Source: Marsupella aquatica
Lineage: Eukaryota > Plantae > Marchantiophyta
DNA length: 64,000 bases
Assembly (NCBI GenBank): GCA_973895155.1
Contig: OZ316892.1
Coordinates: 24,127,971 to 24,191,970, forward strand
Reading direction: 5' to 3'
The position numbers and the translations under genes were made by a program. Below are positions 14,208 to 26,523 of the stretch, one piece after another. How positions within the stretch are numbered: the stretch's first letter is position 1; each line of letters opens with the position of its first letter. The notes under the pieces were generated by a model. The model searched no databases. It had not been told where the DNA came from and worked only from the letters and a program-made list of their open reading frames with translations.

Positions 14208-14530
14208 TGTAGAGGTTAACTCAGTCTTGGGTTGGACTATGGTTAGTATGTTAACTAGGGTTAGAGTAAACCCTAGTTGAAGAGTTGGTCCTTATCTCTT
14301 CAATTTCTATGTGGTGTGAGAACACACAATAGAGTTCTCAAGAGAGAACACAATGATATAGCAAGAGATGAGAGCTTGAAGAGATGAGAGCTATGGTGAT
14401 GCTTGAGTAGACACATAACCGTTAATAAAGCTTGGTCTTCCCGTGGACGTAGCCAACCTTGAGGCGAACCACGTAACTATTGAGCACGTGTATGTTTGGA
14501 GTGTTTTTCCTGATCTGATTTCTCCCCACA
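14208..14530 (+). repeat. 5' LTR of the copia element
   Basis: tgtagaggttaac...tctccccaca, followed after 2 nt by the PBS. Confidence 0.97.
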
Positions 14531-15700
14531 ATTGGTATCAGAGCTCAGGTTTTTTCAGTCGATTAGGAACTCCATAGAACTTGCTTCAAGCAAAGCGAAC
14601 AGCGGATGATTTCCTCTTCGAAGTGGAGCTATTGAAAGAAGATCGGACTCAATCTTCTCACAAGTGTGGAGCACACAACCAGGGGCTCATTTCAGTGAAT
14701 CAATGAAGGCCTGAGGTCAGAAACGGAAACAATTGTAAGTGACGGTTTTCAATTTACGTTATCGGGCAAGAGATAAGGTCAATTTCTCAGATCAGTCTTT
14801 TTGATTGTTCTATCGGGACTTGAAACTGAGATACGCTTGAGCGCCTTGTTTTTCTAGACGTTTCGATGTCAACATCGTTGAATTCTGTCAAATGGTTGAG
14901 AAGCAATCTTAATTTCAATTCTCGTTTTTTGAGCTCGAAATTTTGGCTATGGCGGATAACTTAATATAAGTCACTTTCACCGAATTGTTTCTCCCTCATT
15001 ACTCCACCGTTTTGCGAGTTCTTTATATCAATCTTAATGCCCTCTCAGTCTAGTTTCTGAATCTGAAATCAGAATTGGATTTCGTCAAAAATTGAGATGG
15101 GAATTTGAGTGAATCCGTCAAGGGGTACTTTCTGCCGCGAGTAGTCGCAACTTTCGCGGACGCGCGAGGAGGTCGAAAACTTCGAGGAGGCCTTGTAGGG
15201 CTCGACAGGGCTCGGGCAGGGGGAAGTGCCCCCTGTGAAGTCACCCACAGGGGCTGTACAAGGGCGGACGGAACTTCCCAAAAAGATTCTTTTCCAGAGG
15301 CTTAAATTTTTACCGAAGGTCAAAGATTCCAAGCGGCAAATAAAATCGGATCAACTTCAACTTTTGGAGAGGCGTACTTGGGGAAGCTAGGCAAGTATTG
15401 GTGCGTTCAATTCTGAAAAAGTATACTAGTGGAATCTTTGGCATAAGAGATTCCCTCGAGGGGTAATTATTTCATCTTTTACCCCCTTCCTGTCGAAGTA
15501 AAAATTCTCGGCACTCGAGAGTTCATTTGACAAACCGTTTTCAGAATTTGGAGCGTTACCTTGTGGGCTACACATAGGAATGATCAGTTTCAAAATTCAG
15601 CAACTTTCAATTTTGGCCTTATTTTCACACCCCACATCTGAGCATTCGACGTTTATTTCTTGTCGGAAGGCGACTCCACACTACATTTGGCATTCCAGCG

Positions 15701-18700
15701 ATAGCGACTACTAGGATTGGAGGTCAAAGGTTTGAGGTGGAAAAATTTGATGGTCGGATGGACTATACAATGTGGGAACGTAACGTGAGGGATGCACTTA
15801 GGGTGATGGGCCTAGGCAAGGTACTAAGATCTCAACCCAAGGAGATGGAAGATGATGATTGGCATGATCTCCAGGATCAAACGGTAAGTATTGTTGACAT
15901 GTACCTGAAAAACAATGTGAAAAAGCAGTTCGAGGAAAAAACAACACAAACGGTGACGAACTTGTTTCAAGCATTGCGCAACAAGTACTACAAGAAGGAG
16001 ATGTCAAACTGAATGTATGCAAGCCTGAAGCTCATGCAATTCAAAATGGCTGATAGAGTCATTCAAGATCATATCGATCAGTTCAATGATCTTGTGGTTG
16101 ACCTAGAGAATTTGGGGGAGCATTTGAGCGAAGAAAAGAAAGCCTTACAACTCTTGAACTCACTACCACCTTCGTACCAATCTTTGTCTCGAGTTCTTCT
16201 ATTCCGTGATAAGACAACTATATCCTACAATGATGTGGTGAGTGCCCTGTTGACCGATGACATGTAGTCTAAGCTGGTTTCTTTAACTCATCCTACCTCA
16301 ACCTCATCATCAACAGCACTCTTGGTAGAAAGAGGCAAATCAAGGGAGCTATCTCATGAAAACAAAAGGTTTAACCCACTTCCCATGGAGCAAGGAAGGT
16401 TCCACGACCGATCTTTTGGTAGGAGGAGGTTTAGATCCAGATCTAGATCTCGATCCAAATCACCATCCAAGTCTACTCGTGAGATAAAGTGTTGGAAGTG
16501 TGACAAAGTGGACCACATGAAGAAGCATTGTCGCGTCAAAAACACATTCAAGGAAGTTGCCGGTTCTTCCGCCCAAGTAGTTGTTCGAGAAAAGGATAGT
16601 GAAGGATTTGCATTGTGTACCACTTCCCAAGTTGAGGATTATCAATGGATCTTGGCTCCCGCTTGCTCGTATCACATGTGCTATATGCGTGAACTTTTCT
16701 CATCCTACACTCCTATCAACGGATCTGTTTTGATGGGAAATAATCATTCTTGCAAAGTTTTAGGAATTGGATCTGTAAAGATTCAACTACCCGGTGGCAA
16801 GTATTGTTCTCTATCAAATGTCAGACACATTCCAGAAATGTGTAAGAATTTGATTTCTCTTGGCTACTTGGATGCGAAGGGTTATCAATGGAGTGCAACT
16901 GATGGGGTGTTAACAGTCACGCATGGATCAATTGAAGTTCTTATTGGCAAGAGGAAAAGAAATATCTATGTCTTGGAAGACACCACCCTTCTTGCCGAAG
17001 TCAATTTGGTCACATCTCAGGAGGAGAAAATCAATTTATGGCATGCTCGGCTTGGTCACATGAGTGAAAAAAGTTTGGAAATCCTACACAAGCGACATCT
17101 CCTACCAGGATTGCAAGCATGCAAGTTGAGTTTTTGTGATCATTGCATTGTCGGCAAGAAAACAAGAACTCCATTTCCGACTGCCATTCATCATTCTAAA
17201 GTTGTACTTGAGTATATTCATTCCGATGTGTGGGGTCCTGCTCTGGTTTCCTCACATTCAGGCAAATAATACTATATATCGTTTATCGATGATTACTCAA
17301 GGTTTGTTTGGATTTATTTCATTGCCCATAAGTTTGAAGTGCTTTCCATCTTCAAACAATGGGTAGCTCAAGTTGAGACACAGACTGCAAAGAATATGAG
17401 ATATCTATGATCAGATAATGGTGGTGAATACACCTCTGACGAGTTCAACACGTATTGTGCAAATAAGAGAATTACTCACCATCTCACAACTGTGTACACT
17501 CCTAAGCAAAATAGTGTTGTTGAGCGACTCAACCGCACATTGTTGGAGCGAGCAAGGAGCATGTTGAGCCACTCTAAATTGCCACAAATTTTTTGGGCGG
17601 AAGCTGTCAACATAGCTGCTTATCTAGTAAATCTCTCTCCTAGTCGGGCAATTACTTACAAAACCCCCTTTGAGCTATGGCACAATCGACCTGTTGATTA
17701 TTCAAAGCTTAGAGTTTTTTGGTTGTGAAGCATATGCACATGTTCCTAGCAATAATAGGACTAAGCTAGATCCTCCAGCCCATAAATGCATTTTTCTTGG
17801 TTATCAGTGTGACGTTAAAGGATATCGATTGTGGGATCCAGTTGATTGCAAGTTACTTGTTAGTCAGGATGAATCCTTCAATGAAGATAAATCATTGAAG
17901 GAGGGGGAGATAGATCAATTCCCTACTACTAACAAAGTGCAATCTCCTCCTCTAGAGGATGTAAGAGGAGAGGATGTGTCAAATGAAGAATATGTTGACA
18001 CTACTGTAAGGCAAAGCACACTACAATCAGATCAGCCAGAGTCTTTAGTGCGAAGAGGAACTCGTAAACGTCAAGCCCGGGAAAGGTATGGAACTTGGCT
18101 TCCTTCTGATCAAGTGGATTTGGATGAAGAATCTATTGATGCATTGGTGACAAAAGATGGAGATCCATCCTCATTTCGAGAGGTCCTAGCTTCTATGGAG
18201 AAGCAACAGTGGCAGACAGCGATGCGCATGGAAATGAAATCACTTCATGATAACAAGACTTGGGAACTCACAAGTCTACCTAGTGACAAGCAGGCTGTTG
18301 ACAGCAAGTGGATGTATAGGAAGAAAGATGGACCCACGGAGGATGCTGAGAAGATATTTAAGGCTCGGTTGGTAGCCAAGGGTTTTACTCAACATAAAGC
18401 ACAGGATAGGGGCGAAGTTGATAAGCTTAAGGCCCAACTCAGTTATGAGTTTAAGATGAAGGATTTGGGCACAGCCAAGAGGATCCTAGGCATGGAGATT
18501 GTCAGAGATGTTAACAAAGCCAAACTTTGGCTGACGCAGAAAAGATATGTAGAGAAGGTACTCTCAAAATTCAACATGACAGATGCTAAGGCTGTGAGTG
18601 TTCCTTTGGCAAGGCATTTCAATATTTCTACAGCATTTTGTCCATCGGATGCGACAGAAAAAAGTTTGATGTCCAAAGTTCCTTATGAAAGATAGTGCTG

Positions 18701-19356
18701 TGGGTAGTTTAATGTATCTCATGGTATGCACCCGACCAGACATAACTTATGCCGTTAGCAAGGTAAGCAGATACATGGCAAATCCAGGAAAAGTTCATTG
18801 GGAAGCAGTGAAATGGATTTTGCGCTACATCAGAGGTTCCACTAAGAAGGGTTTATTGTTTGATGCAAGTTCAAACAATATGAAAGTGCTTCAAGGTTAT
18901 ATGGATGTAGACTACATAGGTGATCTGGATAAGAGGAGATCGACAACTGGATATGTATTTACACTTGCTGGTGGATGCATTAGTTGGAAGTCTACTCTCC
19001 AAAAGTGTGTTGCAAAGTCTACTATGGATGCCGAGTATGTAGCGGCAGCAGAAGCAGCAGAAGCAGCATCAGAGACCATTTGGTTGAAAAAGCTTGTCAC
19101 GGAGATGGGCTTATCACAAGATTGTGTCTATCTTCATTGTGACAGTCAAAGTGCAATTTACACTACCAAGAATCAGGTGATGGATGGCAGGGTAAAGCAC
19201 ATTGATGTCCGCTATCATTTCATCCGACAAACATTATCGGATGATGAGTTTGAGCTTGTCAAGATGGATGGAAAGCTTAATCCAGCGGATGCTTTTACCA
19301 AAGTATTAGACTCCAATAGTTTTTCAAGGCATTGTAATTATTTACAAATATTGTAA
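15701..19356 (+). pseudogene. Disrupted copia gag-pol polyprotein
   Basis: Gag VEKFDG, zinc knuckle CWKCDKVDHMKKHC, degenerate protease WILAPACSYHM, WHARLGH/CDHC, integrase HSDVWGP/SDNGGEY/ERLNRTL, RT KARLVAKGFTQ and MKDLG, RNase H CDSQSAI/KHIDVRYHFIR/NPADAFTK. Likely start mutated to ATA (15701). In-frame stops near 16010, 16265, 17267, 17408; frameshifts near 17720 and 18690; RT core deleted near 18395. Confidence 0.95.
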
Positions 19357-19550
19357 ATATAGAATTAACCAAGAAAATGTCTCTATATGAGTACTCCATC
19401 CGATGGCTTATCGGCTACGGCTTAGTTCTAGTTAACCCTTGCATTAGGAGGAGGGTTTTTTGGCCCTACTGTCTTGAACTTCCCGTGGAGGAACTTGTAA
19501 GGAAAAGACAATGTTATGAACCCTCTCAAGACGTGAGTCAAGGGGGAGTT

Positions 19551-19873
19551 TGTAGAGGTTAACTCAGTCTTGGGTTGGACTATGGTTAGTATGTTAACTA
19601 GGGTTAGAGTAAACCCTAGTTGAAGAGTTGGTCCTTATCTCTTCAACTTCTATGTGGTGTGAAAACACACAATAGAGTTTTCAAGAGAGAACACAGTGAT
19701 ATAGCAAGAGATGAGAGCTTGAAGAGATGAGAGCTATGGTGATGTTTGAGTAGACACATAACCGTTAATAAAACTTAGTCTTCCCGTGGACGTAGCCAAC
19801 CTTGAGGCGAACCACATAACTATTGAGCACGTGTATATTTGGAGTGTTTTTCCTGATCTGATTTCTCCCCACA
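19551..19873 (+). repeat. 3' LTR of the copia element
   Basis: Same 323-bp sequence as 14208-14530, with 9 substitutions by manual comparison. Confidence 0.97.
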
Positions 19874-20115
19874 TCAACAACATCTTTTACTTGGTGGCAT
19901 CTTTTGGTCAATGACAGATGTAATCTCATGTCAACAACATCGTGTACTAAATGTCTTATACTATTTTGTTCTTAACAACATCTTTGGGGACATAACATCT
20001 TTTTACTTAACATCTTTGGCACCACAACATGATTGTTTTATTTAACTATATCTTTTTACTTTGACATATTTAACATAAAACATTTTTTTACTTAAAGACA
20101 TCTTTTGATGGAACT
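19874..20115. repeat. Degenerate acatctttt-type short-unit array (dispersed repeat family)
   Basis: Many copies of (a)acatcttt(t) roughly every 20-40 bp. The same texture occurs at 42400-43320 and 60300-60635. Confidence 0.65.
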
Positions 20116-21388
20116 ACATAGTTGGCCATAAGCTTTTTTTACAATTATGCCTTATGGCCAAGCTTAAGTAAATTTCACAAAAATCAGGGAAGGGAACTAA
20201 GTACTCACATAGTAGTACTCTTTGCCTTTCGTAAACCAACTCATCCAGGAGACAGTGGTTTGGTCCATCCTGGTTATAAGGTTAATGAGAGTGGTACATC
20301 CAAGCATTACTTCAAACCTTCACTGTTCTGGCTTTTTGCTCGCCAGTTATTACGAAGAGTCTCCCAAAGACAGACGGAGCTCGTCTCCGCCATCGCCAAC
20401 TCCCAGAAGCAATTCAGTTGGCCATCGTGCATTCCTCTCTTGTGCCGCTTTCGACAGAATTACAAGTTATGCATAGATAAGAAACCCAAGTACCAGTAGT
20501 TTATGAAAGATCCTTTCTTTCTATTTTGCTTTGAACAAAGTATTTTGTACAAGATATAAAATCCTGTAGTCGGCAATCGATCCCTTTCTGCCCTCCGCTC
20601 TCTGCGGAATTTGAAGTTCTGCCTTCTTTCGATCGAGCATCGTCAATCGAGCGGTCATGAGGAAAGACTCTCCTGCCACTACATAATTGTAATTTGAAGA
20701 GCACCTATTGTGCAGACGTCCAGTTGACAATTGGAAAATTCGATTCGGAGCCAGGATTTTTTGGTCGGTGCTTGACTTTCGATTTCAATTAGCTGGTAAT
20801 CGATTCTCACTTTCCATTCTGCGTGGGATATGAAACTTCCGTTCCAGTGCTGGCAACCGAGCGGCCGAAATTGAGCACAGGGAGAAAATTTATTTGCCAA
20901 AAGTATTAGTGGAACTGAAGAGCACCTAACTTTAGGTGTGTTGATGTCGAGTTGAGAATCGGAGAGTTCGATTCGGCGACAGGAATTACTTGGCTATTGT
21001 TTGGTTGGCGATTTCGGGGACTTTTACAGGAGAGAATCAATTCGGTAGTTCATCTGGATGGTTAAGTACTGAAGTGTGAACTGTATTATGGTCGCCAGGG
21101 GTGCTGAATTTTGAAAAGACTCGAACTGAACAGCTGGAAAATTTATGGTATAGGTTTTTGAACGGTGGATGGATTTCAGGGAGCTTCAGTGGAAAAGGGA
21201 ATCATAGCAGATTGTAATTGGTGGCAATTAGGTCGGGCGGAGCAGGGGAGTCGAGACTTACGGGAATGGTTTTAGGTCGTTATATTTTGTATAATTCTTT
21301 CCACGGGATTAAGAAACATTGTGATTGATCTAGAAATTCCTTTATCGGCTATTTTTCTTGGATCGCGCTGAGTTACACCTTCAACCAA

Positions 21389-24300
21389 ATGCGCAAGCGG
21401 GCTATTCTTGCCACTCCTTCACTGGCGATAAGCCTTGCATTGAACAGCTTTGCGGCTTCCATAGTCAAAGAAGAGGAGAAGAAAAGAAAAAGGCAACTTT
21501 CCTCTTCTGCTACTGCTGCTGCAGCGGCCACAGTTAAGGATGTTGATGATCAGGGCGATGGTGACAACGTTAGAGGAATTGGTGACGACAGCGGAGCAGA
21601 AGGGTCATCGAATAGAATTGAAAAGAGGAAGAGACAGAACGCTGGTGACGATGGGAACAGCAACCAGAGGGCGCGGAAATCGTCAGGGGTCGAGCTTGCT
21701 GATTGCAGTTTTCCGAATGAGGACGACATTGGAGAGAACGACGGAGCTGAAGTCCTTCAAGGTATTTAAACTTCCAAACTGAATTCATCAGGGATCCATT
21801 GGCAATTCGCATAACTGCTCAGTGACGGACTTTATTGTGGAGTGTCCATTCTGCTCCCTCAGGATTGATTGTGTCTCAGAAGGAACCGTTAGGTGTATGT
21901 ATACAAGACTCAATTGGTCCATTAGGCCCATGTTTTGGCTTTTAAGAACCTTACTCGCAAACGGACCTATAACTTCTGCATGGCTTGCTCACGAGTTTGA
22001 CACTCTTTTAATGACGTCGACGACTCACCTTTGAACTGTCATGGAACATTTTCCGGATACATTCAGCTTAAAGGATTTCCGTGCTAGTCTCTGAAGTAAA
22101 GATCATCAAGTATATTTCATGTTCTGTTGGACAATTGAAGCAAACTGGATTTTTCTTGTTGTAGAATTAATCAGAAGGCCAAGGAGCATATACAAACTGG
22201 AAGTGTTCTAATTTCCTCGTTGTTCATTCTGAGGGTGGTTTCCATTCAGCAGACTGGACCTTACCAACAGATACGTTGGTGGCTTTAAAGATGATGTGTC
22301 AACAATTCCCCAAGTCTGATCAGGTTGGTCTCTGGATGGAATCGATGTCCATAACCAAGACTCTGGCCTGTGGCCTTGTTGCTGCGGTTTTAGAATTTCT
22401 AACCTCTTTAGAGCTTGGCGGGAAATGTACCTAACAGGTTGATTATTACTGCAGATGGCTGTGCGGCCCTTTGTGTTGAGATCTCAGCTGTATAGCAGTG
22501 TGAGTGACAGGACCACGGCTGATCGAGATTTGGAGGTATTTATTACTGGACCTACTGTTTAATTCTGTTGGGAATAGAGGGCAAATATAGCTAAAATATT
22601 TATTCCGAAAGGGATTCGTGGAAGTAAGGGTTGAACTCATGTTGTTGCTGGCACTCCGCTTGCCTGGCTATTTGTATGGCAAGCATTGGTTTTAGAAAGA
22701 CGTTCCGGTGCTGAACTTGAACCAGCTTGTCTCCACGAAGAACACAATATGCTGACTTACTGGTTCTGCCCATGGTAGGAGCTGAAGCAGCAACACACTG
22801 TCCGCATTTTCAAGCTAAATAGTGGGAAAGACGATTTTGCCATCATGATGATGGAAGATTACATGAAGCAGGTAATGTTTCTGTAGATGAAATCTGCTGG
22901 CTTTATGGTTGCATCAGCATCACTGGCAATTCTCATGAACGTTATTAACACCTGGTTTTCACCAAATCAAACGCTCGAAATGCTGTGGAACTACTATTCC
23001 CTTGAGTCCATAGGGATATTTTTGGGGGACCATCCTCATCCGTGATAGGTGTGAGGTGTAGATCGAAGAAGAGAAAAAGCGCATGGAGACAAGGAGGCCT
23101 GAGGAAGAATTAAGCGTCTTTGACTGGTTTGCGACTAATGTGGTGACTGCTCATACTGGAGTCGGTATCAGACATCCGCATCTGGTATGTCACTTTGGCA
23201 CACCCCCGCATACCTAGGTTTTTTTGCCGCTCATTTTTTAGATTTAACTCATTTTGATTTCTTTTTGCATTTATGAAACTTGTGGAAATGTTTGAGATTG
23301 CCGACAATTCTTTGACCCTGGTTCTAGCTCTGCCGAGTGTTGATAATTTTCGAATTTTGTGCAAATGCTGATCGTATTTCAGTTCAACTCACCACCACTG
23401 GTCCGATAAGAAACCAGGTCCAAACTGGCTTTTAAAAATTTCTGACAGATAGAGAGAAGTAATGAACGAATGAGTGAAACAAAACAAAACTTGGGGGAAG
23501 CCCAATTGTAGAAGTAACCAGCTGTAAGAGAGTAGGAAAATGAGTGGAATTTAAGCTTCGAAGAGACATAATGGAATTCCCTAAGTTGTTCAGATTGGTT
23601 AAATGAAATGTAACTATACTTCTGTGTACCTGGGTCGTAAACGAGCAAAACGTTGCAGAAATGGAATGCGGATCTTTCGTATTAGTTGGAATCTTATTCT
23701 CTTTTCCTGTTTGACTGTGCACCATGTGAACAACCGTTGCCGTTCGTTTATATTTGAAGCAGCTCACTGGATCATGGTTTGAGAGAAATGCACCGCGGCA
23801 AGTGAACCATAGTATCTGTACTAGAACTCTAATTTTCTCCTGGATACAAAGGCCATAGTAGGTTTATGCAATTTCTATGTTCCTATGAAATGTTGTTGCA
23901 GATTCTGCTGCTAAAACAAGCTGGCAAAGCAAACGACAAGCATGTATCTCTCCTTATCAATGCTGGTCTCCTGGTCAGTCCTCTAACACCTAAGTTGCCA
24001 ATGTTTTATCCCATCCTTATATAAAGCCATTGTATTGCTCTTATTTATCGTTCACTGCCGTTACCGAGATACAGAGCTTGCGTGAATACAATCTGCGTCT
24101 GATACTTTTAAACTGACCGTGAACTTGGTCAGTTTAAAGTTTTTTCCTTATTTATCTTTGCCATAGGGAAATTGATGATCACCTGTTCAAGTTTACCTGC
24201 AGGTGCGGCAAATAGCAGATGAAACCACTTACTGGTTTGGCATCCCAAATGTTGGTTCTCTTTTGAAGAGTCTCACTGGGGTATGGCTCATGTAGAATAT

Positions 24301-24678
24301 CTGGGTTGTTTGTCCTTAAGCAGTTAGCCAAAGGTTCAACCGGCTTGACCTTATTTTTTGTACGTTTGGAGTGAATTACTGATGAGCTACATATCTGAAT
24401 AATGTAATGAGAGGCTGGGTGAGGCTATGTTTCACGAATAATTTTCTCTGTTGTAATTGAGAAGGTTTTTGTTATTGTGCATGCAGGGACGGAAGGAGCT
24501 CCTGTCGTTTTTGTCGAGAAGGAGGTACAAGGAAATCCTTCAATCTGTTCTTGAGAAGAAGAGATTAAGGTCCTCTCAATTTAATATCCGGTTCCATGTC
24601 CGTGACTTCATTGGTTCAGGACAACTTTTCTCTATACATACACCAGCTGGTCCCCTGTTAAGACTTGCAAGAGATTAG
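21389..24678 (+). CDS. STK19: STK19-family (winged-helix repair factor-like) protein, ~360 aa, 8 coding exons; start codon tentative
   Basis: Exons 21389-21761, 22253(or 22250)-22323, 22455-22535, 22779-22871, 23062-23184, 23902-23973, 24203-24280, 24487-24678, all GT-AG in phase. Motifs: DTLVALKMMCQQFP, PFVLRSQLYSSVSDRTTADRDLE, RIFKLNSGKDD, SLLINAGLL, YWFGIPNVG, GRKELL...RRRYKEIL...KKRL...FHVRDFIGSG. Confidence 0.88.
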
Positions 24679-26523
24679 CCCTGCTTTGAGCTTTCCTTTA
24701 CGCGCGCAAACATGTCCACACATTGCTCTTGGCAAGCTGGTGCATAGAAATCACAATCCACCATTCATTTGATATGGCACAAAGCGCGAGGGGCGCATGG
24801 CTTTGTGTGCCCAAATTAGTTGACACCCGATTTTTTTGTGAATAAATTTGTAGTACCTTGCGCTAGGTAGGATAGGAGAGGTAGCCATTATTTATACAAA
24901 TAAGCAACACCATTTAAAGCTGGTCCAAAGTTCATCATTGAAGGTGGACACAGCTTAAGCATTGTTTAGAATAAAAACTTGCATGGGAGTAGGTTATTTG
25001 AAATGATGACCAAGTATACTATTTGGAAGATACTGTCACTCTCATGCTTAGTGAAAGTTCGAGGAGCCGTGAACTAGCTGCATTTCATTGCGCGATTGGG
25101 TCCTTGGGGCCTAAATAATTTATTGATTCACATTGGTCATTTTACAAGGGTGGGCGGTGCAACGAGCTTGCTACCACGCTCCTGTTGCAATAGTGGCTGT
25201 GGTATCCGAACCATCTACTCTCACATGCTTTGGAAAATATTTGTAAGGTATTAATTGGACTATTTATTCAATCTCTTAGTCAAAGCTTGGGAACTGAGAA
25301 TTTCTCTTACTGGTTTTCATCACTACATGAAGTTTCTGCCGTGAATTATACCATTTTCAAACCCTTGGGCACAACGACAAGTCATACGAAAAGTCAACCC
25401 ACGGTAAGTCATTTACTTGTATTTCTTTTTCCATGATGAAGGTTGTCCGTTGCAGTTTTTACTTTTTCGTGCCTTGAAGAAGTGTGGTCTAGTCATATTC
25501 AAATATTGACTACTCTTTTTCATCATTCATGCGTCGCTTGTCTCAGTACTAAATTCCTCCCGTGTCTCTCTGTCCCTTTTGGAGAGTGATCTAATCGAAT
25601 CAAATTTTAGACTTGTTCGTCACAGTGGCTCCCTGGATCCTCTGTCAAGTATTCTGCGTGTTTGTCAAACGGAGGGTGACCAGGGGTGATATTGAAGTTT
25701 GGACATATCATATCATAACTTGCTTTACTCCCCAGGACAGTAGATAGAAAGAGAGTCTAGTGTACACTCTGATCATCAGACACAAACCAAGTTTGTTTGC
25801 CAGAATAAGGTTTCAATTAAGACAACGTGTTAACCTAAGTGAATTTATCTCTCATCTATCCAACTTTAACAGGTTCACTACGTCAATGCTGGCATGAAGG
25901 TAGTTTGTTAGTAAAGTCATGATGGCTCGCAGAAATCATTAGCGACTCTTTAGACTGCAGCATTTAGGATGTGGAAGTGGACTCCTGTAGTTGATTATAA
26001 GCGGGGAAGTTAATTGGTTTCAGTTGGAAGTTGAAGTAGACAGTACGCATCCCCCTCAAACGGCGGCATCTAGTTATCAGCGGAAAGGAATATGGTACAT
26101 GTTCAAACATCCACCACAACGATTCATACAACCCAAGGCCGTTCAGGAAGAACTTGCTTGAAATAGTTGAATTGGCGTCAGTATTCCGTTGAAACAGGTG
26201 AACTTGGTGTCAATGCTGCTTCGAAATGAGAGGAGCATTCACGAACAACGAGCACGTTTTCGAAGTGAGACAATCAGCTTAGAAGAACCCAACAAACCTG
26301 GTGTAGAACAACCCCAAACCGATGCTATGTATAAAAAAGCCGGTGCTCTCTAAATCCCTTGCATTGAATTCAGGTCATCTCAATCTTGGGAGGATTTTTA
26401 TTGATCAGCAGAATCTAATCAAGCCTAAACCTAGAGGGATTTTCTCTGTATGAAACCCCATAGGGACGTTTTATAATTTTGTAGTAAAAAAATCACCCAA
26501 TATCAGAATAGTACAAATCTCCA

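Larger units (their letters stand above)
14208..19873 (+). mobile_element. Ty1/copia LTR retrotransposon, structurally complete but non-functional
   Basis: Two 323-bp TG...CA LTRs with a 5-bp TSD TCAAC (14203-14207, 19874-19878). tRNA-iMet PBS TGGTATCAGAGC at 14533-14544; PPT AAGGGGGAG at 19540-19548. Domain order gag-PR-IN-RT-RH. Confidence 0.97.

Noticed and set aside
25000-25090. Box C/D snoRNA candidate (ATGATGA with terminal stem)
   Set aside because: The D box position reads CTGC, not CTGA, and no rRNA guide was recognised.
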